The position numbers and the translations under genes were made by a program. Positions 20,944 to 30,375 of a stretch of DNA of 64,000 nt are shown here, in pieces. This DNA is from Nostoc sp. DedSLP01 (GTDB taxonomy: Bacteria > Cyanobacteriota > Cyanobacteriia > Cyanobacteriales > Nostocaceae): NCBI GenBank assembly GCA_034530875.2, contig JAVRCJ020000004.1:64001-128000 (forward strand), written 5' to 3'. The notes beneath the pieces were generated by a model. The model was not told the origin of the DNA and made no database searches. It worked only from the letters and a program-made list of their open reading frames with translations. Positions within the stretch are counted from its first letter, which is position 1, and each line of letters starts with the position of its first letter.

Positions 20944-21479
20944 ATAACCAAATATTTTCTTTGCAACATTTTGCTTCCCAGGAATCCCCAGCTAATTTAC
21001 AAATTACAGGCAATATCAGCCGCAATTTTAATCAACTTAGCATCTGTTATAGCCTTACAGGTAACTTAGAAGAAATTGCGATCGCCCCACCATCAAACAC
21101 ACCATCGCGCAAAAATCAACTGTGGGAAGATACTTGCTTTGAGTTTTTCCTGGGCATCAAAAATTCTCAACAGTATTGGGAATTCAACCTCTCACCTGCT
21201 GGGCATTGGAACGTCTATCATTTTGATGGATACCGTCAAGGAATGCGAGAAGAAACAGGGTTAACAACACTGCCGTTTAAAGTTGACAATCACGCCGATA
21301 AATTCGTACTTACTTTGAATATGGATTTAGAGAAAATCATTTCGCCAGAACAAATAATAGAAGCTGCGATTACGACAGTTATTAAATCTAAAGATGGTGG
21401 CGTTACTTATTGGGCATTAACTCATCGAGGTGCAAAGCCAGATTTTCATTTACGAGATAGTTTTATTCTTGAATTGTAA
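20940..21479 (+). CDS. DOMON-like domain protein
   Basis: LWEDTCFEFF, YWEFNLSP and C-terminal YWAL.H...PDFH; ATGA overlap with the kinase. Confidence 0.8.
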   Translation: MNNQIFSLQHFASQESPANLQITGNISRNFNQLSICYSLTGNLEEIAIAPPSNTPSRKNQLWEDTCFEFFLGIKNSQQYWEFNLSPAGHWNVYHFDGYRQGMREETGLTTLPFKVDNHADKFVLTLNMDLEKIISPEQIIEAAITTVIKSKDGGVTYWALTHRGAKPDFHLRDSFILEL

Positions 21480-21536
21480 TATTACCAATACAAAGACGCG
21501 ATAAATCGCCGTCTCTACAAAGGATTGATTGTAATA

Positions 21537-21740
21537 ATGTCTGATAATTCTCCGTTTCTAAATTCTGAGGAACTACAGCAATGGCATCAAGGGATAAAAG
21601 ATGCAAACCGTAATAATATTTACTGCCATTGTCGTACTTGCGGTTATGAATGGATAGATTCAGCATTTGATGTTACTTGTCAAAAATGCAGTAGTAAGAA
21701 TGTAGAAAGTATTTCATCTTGGCAATTTCCAGATGATTAA
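21537..21740 (+). CDS. Small zinc-ribbon protein
   Basis: CHCRTCGYEW...CQKC; likely start ATG 21537. Confidence 0.65.
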   Translation: MSDNSPFLNSEELQQWHQGIKDANRNNIYCHCRTCGYEWIDSAFDVTCQKCSSKNVESISSWQFPDD

Positions 21741-21758
21741 ATGAGAACGTTTATAAAT

Positions 21759-22304
21759 ATGCAACAAAATTGGTCGCAAGAAATTTATATCAAAGCCTTA
21801 GATAAAGCAGCACAGGCACATCACGGTCAGAAAATGCCAGGTTCAGAAATACCTTATATTGTTCACTTAAGTTGTGTGAGCATGGAAGTAATTGCTGCTT
21901 TAAATATAGAAAAAGAACGCGACGGAAACCTAGCAATTCAATGTGCTATTTTGCACGACGTAATTGAAGATACTGCAACAACATTTGAGGAAATCAAAAC
22001 TGAATTTGGTGAAGCGATCGCTAACGGAGTACTTGCACTAACTAAAGATAATTCCCTAGAAAAATATCTGCAAATGACAGATAGTTTACGAAGAATAAAA
22101 AAGCAACCGCCAGAAATCTGGATGGTAAAGCTAGCTGATAGAATTACCAACCTCCAAGCACCGCCATATTATTGGAATCAAGAAAAAATTATTAAATATC
22201 GAGAAGAAGCAATCCAAATTTATGAAACCTTAAAAGATGCAAGTCCCTTCCTTGCATCACGCTTGACTAACAAAATCGAAGACTACAAAGCCTTTATTAA
22301 ATAA
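21759..22304 (+). CDS. Stand-alone HD-domain protein (Mesh1/SpoT-type alarmone hydrolase-like)
   Basis: AAQAHHGQ, PYIVH, AILHDVIED, VKLADRITN; start 21759 or 21741. Confidence 0.85.
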   Translation: MQQNWSQEIYIKALDKAAQAHHGQKMPGSEIPYIVHLSCVSMEVIAALNIEKERDGNLAIQCAILHDVIEDTATTFEEIKTEFGEAIANGVLALTKDNSLEKYLQMTDSLRRIKKQPPEIWMVKLADRITNLQAPPYYWNQEKIIKYREEAIQIYETLKDASPFLASRLTNKIEDYKAFIK

Positions 22305-22416
22305 TCAATCTATGCAAAATTACCCGTCACATTCTTCTCTCTCAATTCTCCTCTCCGCGCCTCTGCGTCTCTGCGTGAGCTAAATCTTATCCACAAAATA
22401 AATTACTAGAGATAAA

Positions 22417-23163
22417 ATGATGGAATTACTAGAACTAATTTTAATCTTAGCCACAGTAGTTGGCGTTGCAGATGCAAATACAATTTCAGTTAAAGATGAT
22501 GCAGGACAACCAATCACTGTAAAACTAGCCTGTATCAATACGCCCAAAACAACTAGCCAGCCATCAAAGTTAGCCGCAACGCAAAGGTTAAAACAACTGC
22601 TTCCGCCTCAAAGCCCTGTGGTGATTAGAAATACAGAACAACTAAACAATGGTCGCACCATTGGCGAAGTATATGTAGATAATCGTTCAATTAATCTGCT
22701 TTTAGTACAAGAAGGTAATGCTGTAGTTGACCGAGACTCTTTATCCAACTGTTACGAAACCAAAACCCAATATTTAATTGCCGAAGCCAATGCTAAAAAT
22801 AAACATTTAGGATTGTGGCAACAATCAAATAAAAATATAAATCAATCAAAAACATCTACTTTGCGAGGGAAATTAGTTTATGAAGAAATTCCTCCTGTGA
22901 TGTCAACTAGAGCTTATGAAGGTAACGAGTTTTTTCTAATTACTAATTCTCCTAATCAAAATCGTTTAGTACTGCGTCCATCCGTTCAAGTTTCTCATTC
23001 TCAATTGCGATCGCTTAATAATAAAGAAGTTGAAATAACAGCGGTGTATGTTGAAGGAACTCGCCCTTCATCTACTAAAAATGCTTGTCCGATTGAGCTT
23101 AACGGGCAATGTATGCCCCAAGGTCAGGGTTATCAAGTTTTGTCTATAGTGCAGTTGAAATAG
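22417..23163 (+). CDS. Thermonuclease (SNase)-fold exported protein with C-terminal extension; catalytic residues degenerate
   Basis: Hydrophobic N-terminus; GRTIGEVY, INLLLVQEGNA, AE..AK...LGLW. Confidence 0.75.
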   Translation: MMELLELILILATVVGVADANTISVKDDAGQPITVKLACINTPKTTSQPSKLAATQRLKQLLPPQSPVVIRNTEQLNNGRTIGEVYVDNRSINLLLVQEGNAVVDRDSLSNCYETKTQYLIAEANAKNKHLGLWQQSNKNINQSKTSTLRGKLVYEEIPPVMSTRAYEGNEFFLITNSPNQNRLVLRPSVQVSHSQLRSLNNKEVEITAVYVEGTRPSSTKNACPIELNGQCMPQGQGYQVLSIVQLK

Positions 23164-23461
23164 GAATTGGAAATTAGAATTCAGTAAAAACGGTGCCTTA
23201 GGACTAACATCCATAACGCACCCTACTAAAGTGCGATCGCACTTCAGAAAATACTTCTAATAACAGATGACTTCCTAATTGGGAAAGAGATAATTAATAG
23301 TTCGTAATTCGTAATTAAACAGATACAAGCCCCTTGATTCATTAATGAAAACATAAAAACCCTCTATATCATTAATTTCAAGCTCCCGACTTCAGTCGTA
23401 GGTTAGAAATTACGAATTACGAATTACGAATTACGAATTATTCTCACTGGGAGATTATTTG

Positions 23462-24442
23462 ATGAAAACTAGAAAGCTAGGCAAACAAGGGTTAGAAGTT
23501 TCAACTATTGGACTTGGTTGTATGGGAATGTCCGAGTTCTATAGCGGTCGTGACGAACAAGAAGCGATCGCCACAATTCATCGAGCATTAGAACTCGGAG
23601 TTAATTTTCTCGATACAGCAGATATGTACGGGCCTTTTACTAACGAACAATTAGTAGGCAGAGCAATTAAAGACCGCCGCGATAAAGTAGTGTTGGCAAC
23701 CAAGTTTGGTAATGTCCGCACTGAAGATGGTGGCTGGAAAGGCATTAGTGGCAAACCAGAATACGTCCGTCAAGCTTGCGATGCTTCCCTAAAACGCCTG
23801 GGAATTGATGTCATTGACCTTTATTATCAACATCGGGTAGATCCAACCGTACCCATTGAAGATACTGTCGGCGCAATGGCAGAGTTAGTTCAGCAAGGAA
23901 AAGTGCGTTATTTAGGACTTTCTGAAGCTGCTCCTGCTACAATTCGACGAGCGCAAGCAGTTCACCCGATTACAGCACTGCAAACAGAATACTCTCTTTG
24001 GAGTCGAGAACCAGAGGATGAAATTTTACCTACAGTGCGGGAATTAGGAATTGGATTTGTTCCTTATAGCCCATTAGGAAGAGGATTTTTATCAGGTGCA
24101 ATTACTAGCCCTGACGATCTTCCAGCTGATGATTATCGAAGAAATTCTCCCCGCTTTCAAGGTGAGAATTTCTATAAAAACCTGCAATTAGTCGAGCAAG
24201 TCAAAGAAATTGCCAGCGAAAAAGGAGTAACTGCTAGTCAGCTTGCACTAGCATGGCTTTTGGCTCAAGGAGAAGATATTGTGCCAATTCCTGGTACAAA
24301 ACGCCGTAAATATTTAGAGGAGAACATTGCAGCTACGGAAATTACTTTCACTCAAGAAGAGTTGAATCGAATTGAAGCAGTTGCACCCAAAAATGTTGCA
24401 GCAGGCGATCGCTATCCTGACATGAGTAGTGTTAACCGTTAG
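23462..24442 (+). CDS. Aldo/keto reductase
   Basis: [31 protein letters not shown]-type motifs. Confidence 0.95.
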   Translation: MKTRKLGKQGLEVSTIGLGCMGMSEFYSGRDEQEAIATIHRALELGVNFLDTADMYGPFTNEQLVGRAIKDRRDKVVLATKFGNVRTEDGGWKGISGKPEYVRQACDASLKRLGIDVIDLYYQHRVDPTVPIEDTVGAMAELVQQGKVRYLGLSEAAPATIRRAQAVHPITALQTEYSLWSREPEDEILPTVRELGIGFVPYSPLGRGFLSGAITSPDDLPADDYRRNSPRFQGENFYKNLQLVEQVKEIASEKGVTASQLALAWLLAQGEDIVPIPGTKRRKYLEENIAATEITFTQEELNRIEAVAPKNVAAGDRYPDMSSVNR

Positions 24443-24726
24443 TATGGTCAGTTAAGCTAATAATCATTCAAATAGCATCCCCGCCTCTTTCTGAGGCTAA
24501 GGATTATGCAACTTAAAGGCGGATTAGCTTTACTATAGCTGCCGCCAGTTACTTTACCTCGAAAAACTATGTACTGGTAAAGGTTATAAAACTTCGTCTT
24601 AGTCTACGGCGTCAAACTTAACATCAAAACCACATTGTTTCAATCTTTAACAGATGATTCGTAAATAAATGAGTTGATTTCTAAGGCACTATTTAGAGAT
24701 GATGGTGAGGCTTAGAGAACGAAAAA

Positions 24727-25206
24727 ATGTCTAATTATCCTACTATTGAGATTAAACAGGCAATCCTAGAAGATGCTTCTAAAGTTTTGCCACTCCTGAC
24801 TCAGTTTTTCACAGATGAAGGATTTGACGCAGTTGTTGAAAGGCTACCCACAGCTCTAAATGCAATGCTCAAAGATCCTGGCAGTGCTATTTTTGTTGCT
24901 AGTCATGGATTAGAAGTAATAGGTGTAGCAACTGTAACCACAACATCTGTTGGACTAGAATTTTCTCGGTATGCAGAGTTAGAGGATCTCTACGTTTTAC
25001 CTCAAGCACGACAACAAAGAGTAGGTCAAGCACTTATTGATAGTGTTAAGCAGTGGTGTTATCAAAATGGGTGCAGTGTTTTATCAGTTGTAGTTACACA
25101 AGAAGACCAAGCAAATCATAACTTAATCGGCTACTACCAGAAACACGGTTTTCAAAAAAGTGAACGATTTACTCTCTTTTACTACTTCAGCTCTACTCAA
25201 GTGTAA
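24727..25206 (+). CDS. GNAT family acetyltransferase
   Basis: LEDLYVLPQARQQRVGQAL motif A; YYQKHGF. Confidence 0.85.
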   Translation: MSNYPTIEIKQAILEDASKVLPLLTQFFTDEGFDAVVERLPTALNAMLKDPGSAIFVASHGLEVIGVATVTTTSVGLEFSRYAELEDLYVLPQARQQRVGQALIDSVKQWCYQNGCSVLSVVVTQEDQANHNLIGYYQKHGFQKSERFTLFYYFSSTQV

Positions 25207-25241
25207 TGTTAGCTCTAATTCGTAAACAGCAATCAAAATAT

Positions 25242-25412
25242 GTTTCAATCCCTCATACCAATTTTCTATGAAGATGCGCCTAATTATTTTGGAATGTAGC
25301 GAATTAACCTCAGCGTCCCTTTGCGCTAACCTCAGCGTACCTTTGCGTTGAAAATATTTGGCGCAGCCCCATAAAGAAACGGTATCATAGGCATTTTACA
25401 GCGAATTGCAAT
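25242..25412 (-). CRISPR. Degenerate trailer-end CRISPR repeat interrupted by a MITE
   Basis: GTTTCAATCCCTCA + 129-bp insert + (TCA)TAGGCATTTTACAGCGAATTGCAAT, one spacer length (42 nt) from the first intact repeat. Confidence 0.8.
25256..25384. mobile_element. 129-bp MITE-like element with TCA target-site duplication
   Basis: TCA|TACCAATTTTCTATGAAGATGCGCC...GGCGCAGCCCCATAAAGAAACGGTA|TCA; related partial copy inverted at 57579-57668. Confidence 0.8.
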
Positions 25413-25454
25413 CTCAATAAGCCCTCACCTGCTGTTAGGAAATCCCAGCCGTGC

Positions 25455-27293
25455 GTTTCAATCCCTAATAGGGATTTTAGTTAATTGCAATTTCTAATAA
25501 ACTATTTGTAAGTTTAGTTAATAGGTTTCAATCCCTAATAGGGATTTTAGTTAATTGCAATTCTATCAATAACTCCTGTCTTCCTATGGTGTAATGTTTC
25601 AATCCCTAATAGGGATTTTAGTTAATTGCAATGACTAATACAGAAGTCCCCTGAGTCTTCAGGGCGTTTCAATCCCTAATAGGGATTTTAGTTAATTGCA
25701 ATAATAGTGGCGTACCAATTGAAACGTTGGAGCACAAAGTTTCAATCCCTAATAGGGATTTTAGTTAATTGCAATTTCAGGCTTATCCAGGAAATAAGCC
25801 AGTAATTAAATCGACTGTTTCAATCCCTAATAGGGATTTTAGTTAATTGCAATGTTACGATCCGTTTTGGGATGAAATCGAAACTGCTCCAGGTTTCAAT
25901 CCCTAATAGGGATTTTAGTTAATTGCAATAAGCCTAAAAGGTGCGTAATCGCTCTCTCACAGGTTTCAATCCCTAATAGGGATTTTAGTTAATTGCAATT
26001 CCCGTCAATGTACAAACAGGTATTGATAATGCGTTTCAATCCCTAATAGGGATTTTAGTTAATTGCAATTACCCTTACCCTATCTATGTTATATGAATAT
26101 AGTTTCAATCCCTAATAGGGATTTTAGTTAATTGCAATTTCATTTTTGAGAGCCTTAGTAAGTAATAAAGTTGTTTCAATCCCTAATAGGGATTTTAGTT
26201 AATTGCAATGATGTTAGTAGCATCAATCAACTAGAGGTAATTTCGTTTCAATCCCTAATAGGGATTTTAGTTAATTGCAATTAATCCCCGAAATTTGCTG
26301 AATCACTTTTAAGGGGTTTCAATCCCTAATAGGGATTTTAGTTAATTGCAATTAAAAACGCGATTCGATTGTAAATGCATATTAAGTTTCAATCCCTAAT
26401 AGGGATTTTAGTTAATTGCAATTTCTGGTTCTGTGGAAACAGAAGTTACATTTGTTTGAGTTTTGTTTCAATCCCTAATAGGGATTTTAGTTAATTGCAA
26501 TATTTTACTTCTACATCAAGGAACTGCTCGATCGTGTTTCAATCCCTAATAGGGATTTTAGTTAATTGCAATCCAAGCTTCACCTACGGTCAGGAATATT
26601 ATCTCTGGTTTCAATCCCTAATAGGGATTTTAGTTAATTGCAATCCTTGCCCCCCGGTAGCTGCTCTAAAAGGTAAACACCATGTTTCAATCCCTAATAG
26701 GGATTTTAGTTAATTGCAATTCCGGAGAGAGGGGCGGGAGGGTGAGGGTGAGGAAAGTTTCAATCCCTAATAGGGATTTTAGTTAATTGCAATTACCAGT
26801 ACCAGCAATGGGGTCGGTAATGGTCGGGTTTCAATCCCTAATAGGGATTTTAGTTAATTGCAATTTGATTAGTGAGTTTTTCAGATTCTTGACAACGTTT
26901 CAATCCCTAATAGGGATTTTAGTTAATTGCAATCTGGCAGTAGCAATGGTGCTTGTCCCACCTATACATTTTTCGTTTCAATCCCTAATAGGGATTTTAG
27001 TTAATTGCAATAATATATTTTTTTTAACCAACTCCTGAAAGTGTCGTTTCAATCCCTAATAGGGATTTTAGTTAATTGCAATTTACGAGTCTTGGCTGCA
27101 TTAGAGTACTCGGCATGTTTCAATCCCTAATAGGGATTTTAGTTAATTGCAATAATTCCTTAACAATACTCCTCGCAAGTGGAAAGAGTTTCAATCCCTA
27201 ATAGGGATTTTAGTTAATTGCAATGTTACGTCATTCGCGAAGAGGTCATGGAATACGTTTCAATCCCTAATAGGGATTTTAGTTAATTGCAAT
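25455..27293 (-). CRISPR. CRISPR array: 26 identical 37-nt repeats and 25 spacers (about 32-42 nt); repeat resembles Nostocales type I-D (LTRR-type); no cas genes in window
   Basis: Repeat on +: GTTTCAATCCCTAATAGGGATTTTAGTTAATTGCAAT (on -: ATTGCAATTAACTAAAATCCCTATTAGGGATTGAAAC with ATTGAAAC 3' end). Degenerate repeat at left and leader at right imply minus-strand transcription. The subtype is inferred. Confidence 0.98.
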
Positions 27294-27520
27294 CGCCGAC
27301 ACACGAAAGGCTTGCTGTATTTAGTTTTCAAGGTGCAGTTGCGCGGATGGAAGAATCATAACACAGAAAATAGTAGTAACACCAAAAGCAAATCGCTGAA
27401 ACTCAGTCTCCATAAGGTGCGCGGATGGTTCCAAATCCCTATAGCCCTCAAAACCTTATAAATATTGAGATGCAGCGATTTTTTGCTTGTTTCGATTTTC
27501 TACAGCTACCCATCCGCGCA
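27294..27520 (-). promoter_or_regulatory. CRISPR leader
   Basis: Non-coding; TGCGCGGATGG at 27340-27350 and 27418-27428, inverted copy CCATCCGCGCA at 27510-27520. Confidence 0.75.
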
Positions 27521-27604
27521 TTTGGGAACGAAATTAGGCTAATTGCTCAGGACTACCAGCATTAAAATAAGCGATCGCCTAGCATTTACACACCTGCATT
27601 CAGA

Positions 27605-28696
27605 TTAATTTACCAAATCCGGAAACACCTCTTGCACGGCAGGATGCACTAAATGATGATTCTGCACGTTTACACCTTTAGCTAAGGCTGGATTAACTTC
27701 CAATGCCTTAATTCCCAAGTTCGCTAACTGCACGACATAAGGTAATGTACTGTTATTGAGTGCCTGAGTTGCCGTCCAAGGTACTGCTCCTGGCATATTG
27801 GGAACGCCATAATGCACCACACCCTCTTCGATATATACCGGATTTGTGTGAGATGTAGCATGTAAGGTTTCTACGCAACCACCTTGGTCAACAGCAACAT
27901 CAACTATTACCGAACCAGGATGCATTTGTTTGACCAATTCGCGGGATACTAATATTGGTGCTCTGCGTCCCAGTACTAAAACTGCACCTACGAGTAAGTC
28001 GGCTTCTTTGACAGCGGCTTCAATATGAGCAGAATTACTGTAAAGCAATTCGACTCTAGAACCAAATAAAGTTTCTAAATAAGATAATCGCTCCACACTA
28101 ACATCTAAAATCTGCACGCTAGCACCCATACCCACGGCAATTTTAGCTGCTTCTGTGCCGACAACACCGCCACCGAGAATTACGACTTTACCTGGTTTAA
28201 CTCCAGGTACGCCACCCAAAAGCACACCTCTACCGCCTTGCTGACGTTCTAGAAATCTCGCTCCAAATTGTACTGCAAGCCGACCGGCAATAACGCTCAT
28301 AGGAGTGAGCAAAGGTAGCCTGTTAGCGCCTGGTTGTTCTACAGTTTCGTAGGCGATCGCACAAGTGCCACAATCAATTAAATGCTCTGTGAGTTTGCGA
28401 TCGGCTGCTAAGTGTAAATAAGTAAATAATATTTGTCCTTTCTGCAAAAAAGTATACTCAGAGGACAGCGGTTCTTTGACTTTGACAACCAATTCCCGAT
28501 TCCAAGCTGCTTCTGCTGTGGGGACAATCTCTGCTCCAGCACTGATATAATCATCATCTGTGAATCCAGCACCATTACCTGCTTTCGTCTGGACGAAGAT
28601 GCTGTGACCATTTTCCCGCAGCACCCGCACGCTAGAAGGACTTAAACCTACTCGAAATTCTAGATCCTTAGTTTCCTTGGGAACGCCGATTTCCAT
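27605..28696 (-). CDS. ald: Alanine dehydrogenase
   Basis: MEIGVPKE..EFRVGL, FTYLHLA, GGGVVG, DVAVDQGGC, VPNMPGAVP. Confidence 0.96.
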   Translation of the reverse strand: MEIGVPKETKDLEFRVGLSPSSVRVLRENGHSIFVQTKAGNGAGFTDDDYISAGAEIVPTAEAAWNRELVVKVKEPLSSEYTFLQKGQILFTYLHLAADRKLTEHLIDCGTCAIAYETVEQPGANRLPLLTPMSVIAGRLAVQFGARFLERQQGGRGVLLGGVPGVKPGKVVILGGGVVGTEAAKIAVGMGASVQILDVSVERLSYLETLFGSRVELLYSNSAHIEAAVKEADLLVGAVLVLGRRAPILVSRELVKQMHPGSVIVDVAVDQGGCVETLHATSHTNPVYIEEGVVHYGVPNMPGAVPWTATQALNNSTLPYVVQLANLGIKALEVNPALAKGVNVQNHHLVHPAVQEVFPDLVN

Positions 28697-29209
28697 ATAC
28701 CGCCTCTGAATAATTTTTTTTGTTTAATAACTGTAGCCGGCTAATTTCAAGCTTGCTACTTTCATATTGGGGATAGCTGTATTAAAAATAGCTATTCTCT
28801 ATTTTTTGCCAGTCAATTTCATCTGAGTACCTGCAAACTCTGACGCTTGACTATTGCTTGAGTATCCATACAATATATAAAGAATAATAACAATTTTTCA
28901 AAAGAAGGATTGTAGTGTATACCTCACTTCTAGTAAGTTTTGGTTGAATTTCTCAAATCGTCTTGAGATTCAAGCACTGCGATCGCTCATCAGCTGGCAA
29001 AATGGGCTAAAAGTTAAGGAAAGAAAAAGAAATTAATCGCTTTAACTTCGATCTCAAATCTGGTTAAAAACTTATTCTTAACATCTCTTTGACTAAGAGC
29101 GTCAGCCTTAGCGATGGGTGGTTAGCCGTAAGATGATATGACCCTTTGCCCGACTCAAACCACCAAGTTTATTCTCAACTCCCGTTTGCCAAAAAGAGGT
29201 TTCTAAAAA

Positions 29210-29380
29210 ATGACACAACCACAACCAACAATTACACCTAAATTAGATCAGCCTAAGTTTGGATTTAACGAATATGCCGAACGCTTAAACGGTCGGGCTG
29301 CAATGATTGGCTTCGCTTTGATGTTAGCGATCGAATACGTCACCAATCAAGGCGTACTCTCATGGCTGGGTCTGAAATAA
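29210..29380 (+). CDS. High-light-inducible protein / small CAB-like protein, 56 aa
   Basis: Hand translation MTQPQPTITPKLDQPKFGFNEYAERLNGRAAMIGFALMLAIEYVTNQGVLSWLGLK; ExxNGRxAMxG chlorophyll-binding motif; AGAGG RBS; below the ORF-track cutoff. Confidence 0.92.
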   Translation: MTQPQPTITPKLDQPKFGFNEYAERLNGRAAMIGFALMLAIEYVTNQGVLSWLGLK

Positions 29381-29428
29381 TACCAGCAACAAGCACGCAG
29401 ATTGTAAGCTACTATTTAGAAGAGTTTC

Positions 29429-29455
29429 AACCAGCTGGAACAACCAGTTGGTTTT
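29429..29455 (+). terminator. Intrinsic terminator after the hli gene
   Basis: AACCAGCTGG-AACAA-CCAGTTGGTT-TT. Confidence 0.6.
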
Positions 29456-29749
29456 GACTTTAGCAATAGATAGTGCAGTACTTCGCCCTCAACACTTTCA
29501 TTAGATTTAGTTATAAATTATTTCTGTAAAATATAGCCAAGAGAGGAATAAAAATACGTATTAGCGATTAGAATATCCGAAACTTGCAATTATGGAGATG
29601 TAATAAGGTTAATAACTACACTTCCTCCCCTACTAAAGAAAGTCATAATTAAATTAGTTTATGCCTTGAATGACAAAGGCAAAATTTGGGTGAGGTATTC
29701 TTAGGTCAAGAAGATATACAAAAGGTTAATTGGAACCAACTAAGCTGTG

Positions 29750-30043
29750 ATGAATGCTGTATTACCTCGTTTTTTGAAGTCAACCTACCGGAAAGAACCA
29801 CTGATCGCTATATTGATTACGATGGGTCTGGTAGATGCCCTAATCGGCGGATTGGATGATAGCTGGTCGTTGTTTGCTTTTGGTTTGGGAACAGCAGGGA
29901 TAGCACTAGGCTTAAAGCTGTGGCGTATCCAGCAGCGTCGTCCCATACCAGAGGAACCTATAGTACAACATTACCTGCCTTCTCGTTCTTCTAACGCGCC
30001 TTTACCAATGTTAAGCGTTTCCAAGAAAAAACCACCTCTTTAA
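29750..30043 (+). CDS. Small two-TM hypothetical protein
   Basis: YRKEP followed by two hydrophobic helices and a Pro-rich tail. Confidence 0.7.
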   Translation: MNAVLPRFLKSTYRKEPLIAILITMGLVDALIGGLDDSWSLFAFGLGTAGIALGLKLWRIQQRRPIPEEPIVQHYLPSRSSNAPLPMLSVSKKKPPL

Positions 30044-30069
30044 AGAGTGCTGAGTAGAGAGGTGATTAA

Positions 30070-30263
30070 CATTAGTGTCAACTTAACATCAAAGCGAAGT
30101 CTGATAAGCATTTCAAAATTTTTCGATCTAGTACCTAGATTTTCGATCCCCCCTAACCCCCCTTGAAAAGGGGGGAACTAGAATCGGATGCCCCCTTTGT
30201 AAGGGGGTTGGGGGATCTAAAACCACGGTAGATTGAGTGTTTGAGCTTAAGTTGACACTAATG
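30070..30263. mobile_element. MITE with CATTAGTGTCAACTTAA TIRs
   Basis: Perfect 17-bp TIRs CATTAGTGTCAACTTAA / TTAAGTTGACACTAATG; GC-rich internal hairpins. Confidence 0.85.
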
Positions 30264-30375
30264 CGCAATTAATTGCGTCTGTACAAGAGTTATGAGTTAT
30301 AACTAGTAATTCATAACTCTAGAAAATTTATTTCTATATGTTTTTTTATACCTACTCAAAAAGTGAGGCAAAAGA

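Noticed and set aside
25703..25738. Spacer sharing TAGTGGCGTACC with 15472-15483 (possible self-targeting)
   Set aside because: Only about 12 nt match, compatible with chance.
26495..27038. ORFs 26495-26713 and 26787-27038 (FQSLIGILVNCN repeats)
   Set aside because: Translations of CRISPR repeats and spacers.
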